In this document: positions 47,934 through 60,961 of the stretch, in pieces
How positions within the stretch are numbered: the stretch's first letter is position 1
Layout of the letters: each line of letters starts with the position of its first letter
Assembly: GCA_010093995.1 (NCBI GenBank)
Contig: ML992501.1
Span: forward strand, 3,182,489 to 3,246,488
DNA: 64,000 nucleotides
Direction of reading: 5' to 3'
DNA from: Elsinoe ampelina
Taxonomy: Eukaryota
Program-made: the position numbers and the translations under genes
The notes under the pieces: model-generated
What the model was told of the DNA's origin: nothing
The model's database searches: none
Seen by the model: only the letters and a program-made list of their open reading frames with translations

Positions 47934-50900
47934 TCAAGGCTTCTGTTCGACAACATCTGACGACAAGTCTGCCAAGTACAGCTTCGATCCTCTGCTATGA
48001 AGACTCGTCAAGACAGACGATGTAAGCTTGTGCAACCCTTCTGCCTCGGCTGCTTTGATCCATTCTTCCATGGTAACCTCTTGGAAAGTCTGTCCACCTT
48101 GCGACATACCAGATGCCACATTTTCCAGAAAGTCCTTCATGCCCTCGATCGGAACACGTGTAGTACCAATCTGGTGGCGATATTGCACGGTGGAGTCCAG
48201 AGCGCTCGAATCAAAGTGGTGAGAGTCCGATAAAGCAGTCTCCAAAATGCTCTCGGCGACTGAATCTGTACGCACAAAGTGGATAGTGCCTTCTGCCCAG
48301 CCTTTTGTGCTTGGAACCATCTTGAGCTTCCAGCAATAATGGAACAAAGCCTGGATGATAGGTGCTGTAGCGCTCTGAATCGTGGGTTTGTCGGTCTCGC
48401 GATACAGATCTTCCAGGCGATGAATGATACTTGCCGGCCTATGGATCCATACAGGTAACCCGGACCTCGAGGCTAGGTCTTCGAGGAGTTTCTCTGCAAC
48501 CCACTTAGATGCACCATATCCCTCTACCACGGCATCCTTCTGATCTGGCCAGATGTTTTGAGAGCACAGGCTCCTCTCACGAAGGACGATGCGCTGTTGT
48601 GGAGACCCCAGCAGAGCGACCTCGCTACTGGAAACAAAGTGGAGGGGTGCACCTCGTACCAGACATAACCGAGCAAGTTCTGACGTAGAACCAACATTGG
48701 CACTTTTCATGGTCTGGTAGGTCCTGCCATGTGAAACGTCCGCACCAATATGCACCACAAGGTCCACAATAGCAGAAAGGCTGTCGAAATCTGCAGAAGA
48801 TAAGCCGAGTCGGGGGCGTGAGAGATCACCATGAAAGTAAGAGAGCTTCCCCGATGGTTGCGGAATTGTACCATCGGCCAACTTCTTCTCCAGACTCCTG
48901 ATTCCGATACACAAGATCCGTGTAATGTTGGTGTTGTCGAGCAACTTCTCCAGGACACGCGAGCCAAGCTGTCCCGTCACTCCTGTCATAAGCACAGTCT
49001 CGGGAGGGTTGCGTACGGGTGTCCTGTCTGCTGCGTTTGTGAGCCGAGAAGTATCCAAGCTGTCCCAGATGTTGCTTGGGATTACGGCTTCCATACTCCA
49101 ATCGACATCCGGACGATGCTGCCTGTTGGTAGCTGTCGACAGTCGACGGAGCATAAGTCCAAAGCGACTGCATTCAAATAGTTCTGCGATAGGTATTGTG
49201 ACCGCAAACTTCCTCTTGATACTGGCCCTCAGCTCCAACAGGGAGAGAGATGTACCTCCAATGCTGAAAAAGTCTGTGTCCGAGTTTATTGATTGGCGAG
49301 GTGAAGCGTCGTTCGAGGGTAAGACTTGCATCCAAGCCTCCCGCAATTTTTCCCCGGCATCATCTGAGATCTTTTGGTCTTCTGCGTCATCTTCGGCAGG
49401 GAGTTGAGTCGTCTCCGAAGAGAGTGGAAAGTGCTGCAGTGCATTTCGATCCAGTTTACCCGCGATAGTCATCGGTAGCTTCGGGACTGGGATCATCATC
49501 GTTGGTCTAACACTCTTGGGGATGGGAAGCTTCTCTGCAAGTTGTGAGAGCCCGGCCGCTCGTGAATCGAATGATCCGACTTCGTTGAGAACAACATGAC
49601 AGACAATGAAATCTGTATGGTTGCTGGCACGAACCGTTGCTGCAGCGGCGACAATTCTACCCTCGGAAGCCCGTACGATACAAGTCTCAATCTCAACTAG
49701 TTCGATTCGGACACCATTCACTTTGACTTGTGAATCACCGGCGAACCGCCCTTCGAGGAGTAGATTGCCCGCGTCATCCAGGCGTCCGCGGTCTCCCGTT
49801 TTGTACATGCGGGTCCATCCTGCCTTTCTGAAGTATCCTGTGACGAAAGGATTTTCCAGGAAAGCGTGATTCGTGGCAAGCGGGTCGTTAAGATATCCCA
49901 GCGTTACACCGGACCCTCCAATATATACCTCACCAGGGAGACCAAGTGGTACCGGTCGCAAATTGCCATCCAGGACGTATATCGATTCTGTTTCGAGAGC
50001 ATAGCCCACAGATCGCTGGTTCGCCAGATGATCGTCCCTGTAGGAGATTTGGCCGATGGACGAGCACATTGTCGTCTCCGTTGGTCCATAGGCATTGTAA
50101 ACTTTCAAATCGGGTCGATCGAGGGTCCGGAAAAGTTGCAAAAGTTGATCTCCTACAGACTCCCCACCAGTGACTGCTGTCATCCAACGTGATTGTCGTA
50201 GATTCTCGAGATCAGCATATCCAAGCCAAGCTTGGTACTCTGTGGGTGTAGCGATTGTGCATGTGATGTGATATCTGGAGATGACGTCCGCCATGACTGT
50301 CAAATCCGACCGTTTCCCAAGAGGTAATAGGCAAAGAGTGCCACCCAGAGTTAAAGTAACAAATATCTGTGCAAAAGACATGTCGAAACTATAGCTACTC
50401 TGCTGCAGGAGTACAACACTGTCGTCAAGACCAGAACTTCGTCCCATGGATGATATCGACTGTGATAGGGCTCCGTGGCTTCCGATGACACCTTTGGGCT
50501 CACCGGTTGTACCACTCGTGAATAAGATGTAAGCTGGGTCTGACGCAAGGATGGGACTTTGCGCTATGCTGTCCAGATGTTGGTCAGGAAGTGGTTCTCT
50601 CAAATTGATCGTCTTGGCCGCGAACGATGGAAAAGAGATACCACCGTCGCCATCAAGCAACACCACCTTGGGTCTACATTTTGTGACCATCAGATCTAGC
50701 CTTGCCGCCGGTAGTGTCGGATCTAGAGGTACAAATATTGCGCCTCTCAAGAAGATTGCGAAGATAGCAGCGATGCAAAGGTGAGTGGGAGTCTGGAAGA
50801 TAGCCACTGTATCTCCCTTGCATATACCAGAGTATTGCAAGAGGCATGCCAGTGATTCAACGGACTCCCACAATTTTTGATATGTGACGGGGTCCTGATT

Positions 50901-53900
50901 GCGCTCCTCGGCTGTGAACATGGCAACCTTGTCTCGATATTCAACAGCAATATCTTGCAGCCTTAGAAGGACAGTCTCTGGCCAAACCTTGCCGGATTCT
51001 GGAGCTGGAAATCGATTAGTAGCCGTATATGCAACAGTAGCAAGCGCTGACAGACCAATCTCACGGCTAACGCTCGGCTGGATACTGACAGCAGCCCAAG
51101 CTCCAACTTCAGTGACTTTCAATTTGAGGTCGGCGACTAGCGTGTCCAGGACATCAATGTAGGAAGATGCAAGAACAGTCGCGTCTTCCATAGTGTACAG
51201 TGCAGAGTGTGCGCCAAGCATCAATACGGCGTCTCCTTCCAAACTCTCGGCATCATTAATATCAATGCTGATGTCGTAGAGCGTGCGTCCAAGATCCAAT
51301 TCGAGGAGCTCAATTGAGCAATCCCCAAGTTTTTGAGCCTTCCTTGACGATCCTTGGCGATAGTCAAGGAATGCTTGAAAAACAGGGGTATGAGTCAGAG
51401 TCCTCGAGATTTGTAAAGCCGTGAGCATTGTATCGAAAGGAATTGCATGCTTCATCGCTTGGAGAGTGACACTCTTTGCATGCTGGATCAATGATTCGCA
51501 AGAAGAAGAGGCTTCGAGAAGACTTCCGCGGAATACCAAGGGAAGCAAATTGATGTAGCAGCCGACGCTGTCTATCGAGTCGGGGTCGCCGCGATTTGCA
51601 TCTGCTGTGCCGATGCAGACGTCGCGTCGTGAAGTAGCGTCCGAATCATCTATCAGGGTAGACAGTAAAGCCGCGAAAGCAGCCAGATAAACATGAAACG
51701 GACTTGCCCTGCAAACGCGAGCAGCCTCCCAAACCTTCCGAACGATACGGTTTGGTATCTGTACCTCTAATCTATTGTCGTTGAAAACTGTGAGTGGACG
51801 CCGAAGTTGATGTCGTGCGCGAGTCAACGGCAGTGGACCTGGTATGGCTCCTAGCTCTGCTTTCCAGAAGTCGAGATTGCGAGCCCACTTCAGTGTTGTA
51901 GCCGGAGCGTCTTGTGAAGCTGCCCAATCCAAGTATTGCTGTACGTTCCGATTGAGCGAGAATCCGCGTTTTTCATACAGTGCTACGAGATCCCTGACGA
52001 CGATCCTTTGGCATAAGCCGTCGATAATCAGGTGATGAGCTCCTATCAGTAGGTAGGTATCCACTTCTCGGATGCCCTTCAGAAGGACGAACCGTATTGC
52101 TCGACCCGATTGTAGATCATACTTCCATTTTTTCAGTGACGAGCACTCATCCAGTCGCTGCTTCTCTGATGTGATATGTCGAACTTCCAGGTCTACATGG
52201 CCTTTGGCCATCACATACTGAGTCACCCGACCGTCCTCATCCTCTCTGAATGCCGTGCGAAGACTCTGATGACGGTCGACCAACGAGATAATAGCAGACC
52301 TCAGGTCATGGATTTTGATCAATCCATGAACACGATAGGTGGCTGTGTGGTTCAGTATTGTCTTGTCCTCACTGATGCTCTCCGCCATCCAGAACATGGA
52401 TTGGATTGCTGTCAATTTGTGCTCCCTCACAAATTGCGGTTCAGTCGATGTCGGTGTGGCAGGCACTTCGTCGCTCGTACGGTCACCGCCATCTCGAGCA
52501 TTATTTTCCTCCATAGTCATCGTATCATGTGCTCTTGAATCCGCCAGCGACTGATTGTTACCATCATTCAGCTGTATCTGGATCGAAGGAGAGGGAGATC
52601 TCCCGGTATCATCCTGTACAACCTTGATCTGCTCATCAACAAGTCTCTCAGCTTCTGGAAAGCTCTCACGAGCTTCCTCTTTCAGCGTATCATCCACCAT
52701 TTTCGGTGTCAGATGGACTGGTATGAGATTGGTAATCGACTGTGCTAGGTTTCCCATGCTGATACCTGATAGAATCTCGAAAACAGGTACACTGGCTTTG
52801 AAAGTATTCATCAGCCAAGATCTGATATCCACTGCCATGAGGGAGTGAATCGCCATATCATCGGTCCGCAGCAGTAAAAAGTCATGCAGAGTTGTATCTT
52901 GAAACCCCATCAAGAGCTGTATTTTCTCAAACAGACATTCTAGATGGACGTCAGTAAGATCAAAAGAAGATGTGAGAACGAGTACTACCTTGTACAATCT
53001 GAAGCAGCTGCTGTTTAGAGGTAGTGACGGCCATTTGGTCTTTCAAAGGCACTCGCGAACCCGAACTCTCCTTCGCATCGTCGTGCTGGGTGTCAATCAT
53101 GGCTGAGAAAGCTTGTAGTCGAGGATCTGTGAGCCAATCCGGTCTTACATGCGAGGGTAGAGATCTATGCGCAATCTCGAGTCCGAAGCCAATTTGCGGG
53201 TCAATTTCTGCTGATGAGACTGCCGATTTGGTTGCAAGCTCAATCCCTTCAGCGAAGATCTGGAAAATGTCGTTTTCCGACATCGGGCGAAGACCTGATC
53301 GTGTGCTGCTCACGCCGCTGCTGCCTTCCTCGACTTCCCGTGCCATGTAGCCAGATCCTGTCACCGGACCCATGTGTACGACTGCTGTTTTCTTTCCCTT
53401 CACGCATCTCTGGAAAGCCAGGCTGGTCATGTACGCGTTGGCAGCACGGTAGGCAGCCTGCCCAGGATTTCCGACAACGTTGACGATTGAAGAGCAGAAC
53501 AATAGAAAATCGAGGGCGCGTTCGCCCAGACATTCGTCGAGGTTGCGACTGCCGGTTACTTTTGGCGCAAGTACTACGCTCAAGTCCTCCCATGTCATTG
53601 CTTGTACGGATGTATCCTTGAGAACCATGGCACCGAATATGATGCCTGCAAGGGGAGGCATAGTGCCATCGATCTGCGCCAAGATCTGGCTGACTGCTGT
53701 CTTATCTGTTATGTCACTGAAAAGGCTCAGCTGTAGTTTCAAAGTGCTTCACTTGTTCTTACTTGACCATAACCTTGATTGTGATTCCCAACTTCTCATG
53801 ATGGGATAACCATGCAGGATCCACATTAGGATTTCTGCTGGATAGAACGATATGTGTAGCACCGTGTCGAATCATCCACTCGCATATAGACAAACCAAGA

Positions 53901-56900
53901 TCGCGGGTCATACCAATCAGCCAGTAGGTCTTAGATCTGGTGAATAGTTGGAATGCATCCAGCGGTCGGACGTCGCAAGAGATCATACTTGGATCTCCTG
54001 GAAGCCAGTCAAGTATGCTCCAGTGCTTTTTGGTGCCCGTCATCTTTTCAAGATCATGTGGATATAATGCAAGAGATGGTAGCTCGTGGCTTGTCCAAGA
54101 GCCTCCAGTACTGACACGAGATGCCGCTTCTTCAATTTTTTCTCTCCACATCGAATGGGTCTTTGAACCAGACCACTTTGCTTTCCAACTATCTGTCACA
54201 ATCGACAGGAAGGGGTCAAAATTGATGAATCGACAATCGTCGGTTTCTTGGAAGATCCGCTCTAATCCTTCGTCGAAAATCAGACATACATCTGGCTTTT
54301 TTGGCAGAATCGACCTAATCTGCTCTGCAGTACTGAATGCAGGAACGTACAGCCAGTCATGTTCCTTGGCAACGTCTTTGCTGTTTGTTGTGAAGATGAC
54401 TTCTATACCCCGGTGGACTGATAGATCACCTAGATGTCTACCAAATTCGACGTTGCCACAGTGCATCAAAATCTGCTGACCGTAGGTGACAGAGCCCAAG
54501 ATGTCCGTTATCCAGATCTCCATTGCTACCACCGATAAGTATGCTTCGGATGACATATGAGGCAAAATGACAGGTATCGCGTCAACGTTCTGCGTCCATA
54601 GAGACCGAGGAGTGTGCCCAAATGTCAAAAACTTCTCTTGTGACGATGGGTCGAAAGCAAGAGACAGATACAGCGCTTCCGCAGTGGCATTTATCGGTGT
54701 CAGTATTGTATGAGCAACCACCAGCGGTTCTTTGGAAGTGCTCCTTTCGCCTTTCGCCGGGTATCCGTGCGACTCGCCAACTAGATGCGGACCACATATG
54801 CTCGGGACAATCACAAAGCTGTAATTGCCCATAGAGTCTCGGGCCAACTCAATCATCGTTTTGGTTGGATCCATGCTGTGCTTGACGGTATTTTGAGCCG
54901 CGTGATACCGTAGATTGGCTTCATCGAGAGAGTAGTACCGGGGAATCAAGAGACGCGAACTTTGATCGACAACAATCTGCGGCTCCGACGTCCACAGAAC
55001 ATCTTGTCGTTTGTCAGAAGATTCTGCGAGCTCAAGCCTTCTCACGCATACTGCAATCGTCTCGGCTTTGATAGAACTTGGAGAATCAAAGTCGAGAGAC
55101 TGAAATCGCAAGCCCCGCAGCTCAGTCTTGAAATTCTCCCAGAGTCCTATGCTCGCGCTACTGCTTGGATTCGTGTATCTTCTCCCGCTAGTGACCCATA
55201 GAAGTATGCCTTCCAGAGATAGAAAGCGCTTCCATTTCTCGAGATCAAGCGCCCCACCATGCTCCAAGAAAGAATTGTCGAGCTCTGTGACACTGATAAT
55301 CGTGGGTGGCGTGCGGAATTCCTGATCTTGAACAGCCACAATGGTTGGATAGCATATGACTTCGTCGTAAAATCCACTCAAGATGCGTTGAAGGTCAACC
55401 AGAAGATCGTGATATACCTCAGAGGCGCCACCAACGAGCAACAGAGTGCCCTTCTGACCATCTCTCACCGATAGAGGATCGTTGATTTTAGTGATCTCGT
55501 CATTGACCGCTTGACTTACTATGCTCGCGACACCTGTTGTCTCTTCCAATTGGGTGGGTGAACGACAGAGTACACCAGAAAAGCCAGCTTGTCTCAGCAG
55601 AGCGTCCCACTGTTCGAGCTTGACCAGAGGAGACAGAATTCGACCCTCGTCAGCACCCAGCCACCAGCCGCTCAACGTGCCAAAAACGAATCCATATTTG
55701 GGGATCTCCGGAGCCATTGGCTCTTTAAGCACCAGGTAGCCCCCAGGCTTGATCAGCTTCCTGATGTTTCTCAGAGATTGCAATATTGAAGGTGTGGCAT
55801 GCACGACATCAGTTGCAATAACCGTATCGAATGACGCAAGATCGAATCCTTGCATTGACGGATCCTTGGAGATGTCCAGCAATCGGTACTGCATTTTCGT
55901 CGGTAGTCCGGAATACACCCCTCTTGCCTCCTCCAAGAACCCCCTCGAAACGTCAGTAAAGGTGTAGGATGCGATGTCGCAGCTCCTCTTCTTAAGGATC
56001 TCGTGAGTTGTACCACCTGTGCCAGCACCTGTGTTATTGTCAGTGCCGAGCAATCCGATCACTAACATCAACGACTTGGGCCGCTGATGTCCGTCATAAT
56101 CCGCTTACCAACTTCAAGGACGTGCAAATTTGGGAATCTATGTGAAATCTGTTGGACGAACCCAGCGGACCATTGCACCCCAACATCCATGCCAGCAGCA
56201 GAGCGATAGTATTCCGTGACTATGTCCGTCGAGAACAAAGACTCTATCATGGTCGTCTCACCCGCTATGGCGCGCGGTAAAGCTTCTGCTACTCGGCGAA
56301 TGATCCGAATATGAATGTCGTCGTCGAAGCTGTTGTCAAGAAGTCAGTCTCAGAATGCATCAATCGTCCTGAAAGCTTTAGAGCGGATTACTTACGGAGC
56401 ACAGAGATCGGATAATGAAGATGACGTATCACCACTCCAATACTCTTTTGCATGAGGATGCTTCCCAGATTCAGCCAAGCGAACCATATGGCGACACCAT
56501 CCCAAGTAATGATAGAACGTGCTATCCTCGTGGGCGCTATGGCCTTTCGGATACATGGCAATGAACGTCCTCGCGTAGAATAAAGCAAGCCTGTCCGCGA
56601 TTTGCATTACCTGCATCTCGGATGTGGTCATTTCCCTTCTCTGCTCGACTTTATTATCGTCAGGACTCATCACTGACCACTTCAAACCAGAAAAGATCCT
56701 TTCGTGCTGTTGAGACATGGCAACGTAGGACATCTTCAGCTTTTCAATCTGGATGATGGGATTGCCGTCTGTTCCATGGACTTCGATATTGCTTGAGATG
56801 GCACCGATGTCTCGCGAAACGAGACAGGATGCAACGGCCAGGGGTGATCCAGACTTGTTGGAGAGGATGCAAGAGGAAGGATTGACCAGGATCCGTTGAA

Positions 56901-59900
56901 ATTGAGTTGGCACTAACAAATTCTTTAGCTCTTCATCACCCACCGAGCACCATGAAAACATCTGCAACTGCAGAGCGACATCTAATGTTGCCGGATGAAT
57001 CAACATTGAGTCGGCATCTCCGCTTTCAGTTGATTGTGAGCTTATATGTCCCACTGCGAAGCCATATCGTCTTTGAACGTCCATGAGCGTTCTGAATCTA
57101 CCTCTGTACTCATAGCCCCATCTCTCCAGATGTTCGTAGATCCGCTCGGTATCCAACCTCAGCAGATTGTTGCGCAGAACTGGGGCGGGCTGTAACACCG
57201 TAGAGCTCGACGGTCCCAGGTGAATTTTGAAGGTTGCAGAAGCCCTCAAAGCCAGGGTGTCGCTTCTGTCTCGCGAAGCGTTCAGTCTGAAAGTTGCAGA
57301 GATCATATTTTTCGCCTTGTGCCGCAAGATATCGGTGATGTTGATGATTATCTCAACACCCGGGGTCTCGGGTGAGTCTTCCGCGACGGCAACGGCCTGA
57401 TGGATACGCATGTCTTGAATCTCGACCAGACGGATCTGCTCTGACTGACTCGGTATCTGGTACGAGGCTTCGAGAAGAGCACAGATATAAAATGTGGCAG
57501 GTAAAACCGGCTTAGCCTGCAGGCGGTGGTCTAACAGCCACGGGGTCTCGTTGGTCTTCAGGAAATGTCTCCATGACATCGTTTCGGCTGTGTTGTCAGG
57601 CGATTGATGACCTATCAAGGGGTTCAATCGATCAGGTCGCTGACATATCTGTTGGGTCTGTCTCTGTCCAGATCTGAACGACTGGGAGTGATCAAATTCG
57701 TACAGAGGCAGACCCTTTATGACTCTGGATTCCAAGCTGGTCATATGCAGTACCCGACCCAGGTTATATGGATCAATTTCCGGTACTTGCTGATGACACC
57801 ACAGACTTCCGATGGTGTCCGAAAGAGCCTGAATGGCACCGACTTTCCTTTTAAGCGTGCTGAAATATGGAAGCACCGTATCTCGAGAGTCTTTAATGAC
57901 CAGTTCAGCTGGAGATTTCAAAGCTGGATGCGGCCCAATCTCGATGACCGAATTGATGCGCACTCCCTCCAATGCCTTCTGCAGTGCCCCGGAAAATAGC
58001 ACAGGATGAGTCATATTCTTGCTCCAGTAGTCAGTCATGAGCAGAAATCTGGCTTCATCGCTCTTCATGTTAAGATCGGGCTGGAGGGAAGAAATCCAAG
58101 AACAAGTTCCGAGGGGTACAGCCACCTGACAGCCGGCTCTCTGCAACGATGCTTCGTATGGGTGAGCGCAAGCTTTCATATGGAATGAGTGATACGCTTT
58201 GTCGACAAGAAGTCGTCGATGAAAAGTGCCCGACTCCAAACAAAATTGCTCCACGCGCTCGATGGCGTCTTTGTCACCTGAGACCGTGACGCTTTGCGAA
58301 GAGTTGATGGCAGCAATCTCTGCCTGCCCGACGACGCCAACATCATGTAACATTTGGTCCGCATTGGCAGCAGAAAGTCCCAAGGCAATCATGGCTCCTT
58401 GAATGCTAGGATCGCAAGGGTTGTGCGCATGCTTCACATGTAGACCCCGGTAATACGCAATGACTATCGCATCGCGCCTGCTCAGATAACCTGCAGCGTA
58501 AGCCGCCGCAATTTCGCCCGAAGAATGGCCCACCACAGCGGCAAATTGAATGCCTGACGCCCGTAATATGTCGACTAGCACGATCTGGACAGCTGTACAG
58601 AGCGGTTGGGCGATGTGAGCCTCATGTAGACGAGACTGAGATCCGTCTGCTGAGAGTTCCGCAGCGATAGTCCAGGTCGGTCTATCCTCAGTTGGAAGCG
58701 CTTCGAGGTATCCTTGGAGAAGATCAAAGAGATGGACACTCAACTTGCTTTCTTTCAGAAGCTCGTAAGCCATGCGGCTATATTGGGCACCCTGTCCTGT
58801 GAATATGCCGAGAATCGCGGCCCTTCCCAAGTTTGCGCGATTACCGACATTTGTACCTTCGTCGTGGGCTGCGCGGAGTTTCTCATCAACTGCACGTTTG
58901 AGATTCTCAACAGAGGAAGCAGGGAAATGTGCTCGTACTGGTAGCATCGATCGTCTTCGAGAAAGAGTATAAGCCAGATCTGAAGAGGACAAGGTACTCT
59001 CGTTGCCCTGGAGATATTCGGAATATGCTCGGAGCATGCTCCGAAGGGCAATCTCAGAATGGGCCGAAAATAAGTAGGGGATGCAAGGCGTCTCTTCAGA
59101 ATGCGAATGGGGTTTGTGCTCCTCCTCAAAACTCTCAAGTATTGCATGTGCATTGGCACCACCAAATCCAAAGCTGTTAACGCTCGCACGCCGTGGCTGC
59201 CCTCGCGGAAGTGGCGGCCAATTGAGAAGCGATTGCGGTATTTCCAGACCGTCGTAGAAAGGATGGATTCTTGGGTTGAGATGCCTCAGTAGCATGTTTG
59301 GAGGAATTTTGGCATGCTGAAGGGCTAGCGAGGCTTTCAAGATTCCTGCAATGCCTGCAGTGCCCTCCGAGTGCCCTAGGATGGTCTTGATGGACCCGAC
59401 GTATAGGGGTTTCGCGTCTTCAGTAGACGAGTCGCCACAGAAAGCTCTCCAGATAGCTTCCGCTTCCATCGGGTCACCTGCCTGTGTACCCGTCCCATGA
59501 GCTTCAAAGTACTGGCACCTGTCTTTGATTGGATCTAGACCAGCTTTGCGGTATGTTTGAGCAATAAGGGTTTTCTGTGCCTTGCCACTTGGCATTGTGA
59601 TACCACTAGTAGTACCGTCCTGGTTTACTGCTGTTTGTCGTATGATACATTCAATGTCGTCGCCATCAGCACGTGCATCTCCGAGCCTCTTCAGGATAAG
59701 CACCCCCACGGCCTCACCCCGTCCATAACCATTCGCACTTTCGTCCCACATTTTACACCGACCATCTGGGGATAACATATGCATGTTCCCTGTGGTCAGG
59801 TAGCCGTGGGGCCCTAGAATCAAGTTCGTGCCACAGGCGACAGCAACCTTGGTCTCGCCTCTGACAAGGGCTTGTGCTGCAAGATGGACTGCGTATAGGC

Positions 59901-60468
59901 TAGAGGAGCAGGCGGTATCGAGGGCGAGAGATGGGCCGTGCCAATCAAAGAAATAAGAGATTCTGTTGGCCATTATACTGCGAGAAACTCCCGTGGCATG
60001 ATACATCGGGACAGTATCAAAATCCCTAAGCGATAGGAATTCATAGTCCCCGTTCATAGAGCCAACATATACACCAGTGTCGCTTCCTGCCAGACTCTCC
60101 ATGGGCATTCCGGCAGCCTCCAGAGCGTGATATACGCTCTCTAGAAGCAATCGATGTTGGGGATCCATTGCGCTCGCTTCTGCAGCACTAGTCTTGAAGA
60201 ACTGGGCGTCGAATGCATGAACATCCTCCTCAAGCATGTACGAGCCCGAGACATTGATATGACCATGATACCCTGATCTCGGATGATAGAATCGGTCGTG
60301 TGAGTATCGGTCCAGCGGTATCTCACCGAGTACATCGTAGGGATCAGCAAGCAATTCCCATAGAGCCTCCGGTGACTTGACACCTCCAGGAAATCTACAT
60401 GCTGATCCAACTATGGCAATAGCATCATCAGACAATGATTGCTGCATTGATGAATAGGGTGAAGTCAT
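47934..60468 (-). CDS. Hybrid highly reducing PKS-NRPS (KS-AT-DH-cMT-ER0-KR-ACP-C-A-T-R)
   Basis: KS DTACSSS/EAHGTGT/GHSEG; AT GHSSGE/AYHS; DH LLDHRLQ..P/HPATLD; MT LEVGAGTGG; KR GQAAYRAAN; ACP IHSL; C HHLIIDG; A FTSGTTGEPKG/YGPTE/YKTGD; T GGTSL; R TGVTGQLG/YGASK. Introns 56330-56395, 56029-56108, 53717-53762, 52940-52988, and a probable in-frame intron 51005-51055. Confidence 0.96.
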
Positions 60469-60682
60469 CCGAGTGATGTTGACGGGGGTGTTATGCTAGC
60501 AGCGATAATCGATCTTCAGATGATAGTAACAGTCTGGCTCATTCGAGACGTAAAGGCTTCCTTAAGCACACGTGCATGCCAATTAGAATACTGCAATACC
60601 ACATTGATCTGGTTCTCTGAGAACTCTAGAACATATGGTTGTTGGGCTGCCAGCCGACCAGACTTTGCCTCTTTCTATTTTT

Positions 60683-60788
60683 ATAGTCGATACTGCCCTC
60701 TTTAAAAATGTACTTAGGGCATTGTGAAATTTGATAGTCGATACTAAATAGAGCCCATCTAAAAATAAGCTTAGGGCATGGAAATTGG
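60683..60788. repeat. Imperfect tandem duplication (51 + 55 bp) in the PKS-NRPS/trans-ER divergent promoter
   Basis: atagtcgatact..gccc..aaaaat..cttagggcat..gaaatt occurs starting at 60683 and again at 60734. Confidence 0.8.
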
Positions 60789-60961
60789 CAGGGGTCTTTC
60801 AGGCGGGTGTTTCGGCTGGGTTTGAGTCTTTGATGATGAGCGGGCTTCTAGACTTGCAGCTCTTATAGGCTATTGCCACTCTGCGAGCCATCGAAGGATC
60901 AGCCGATACAAGTAGATATCACCGTCAAAAGATCTAATCTCGAGCGCTTCCACATCAAGTC

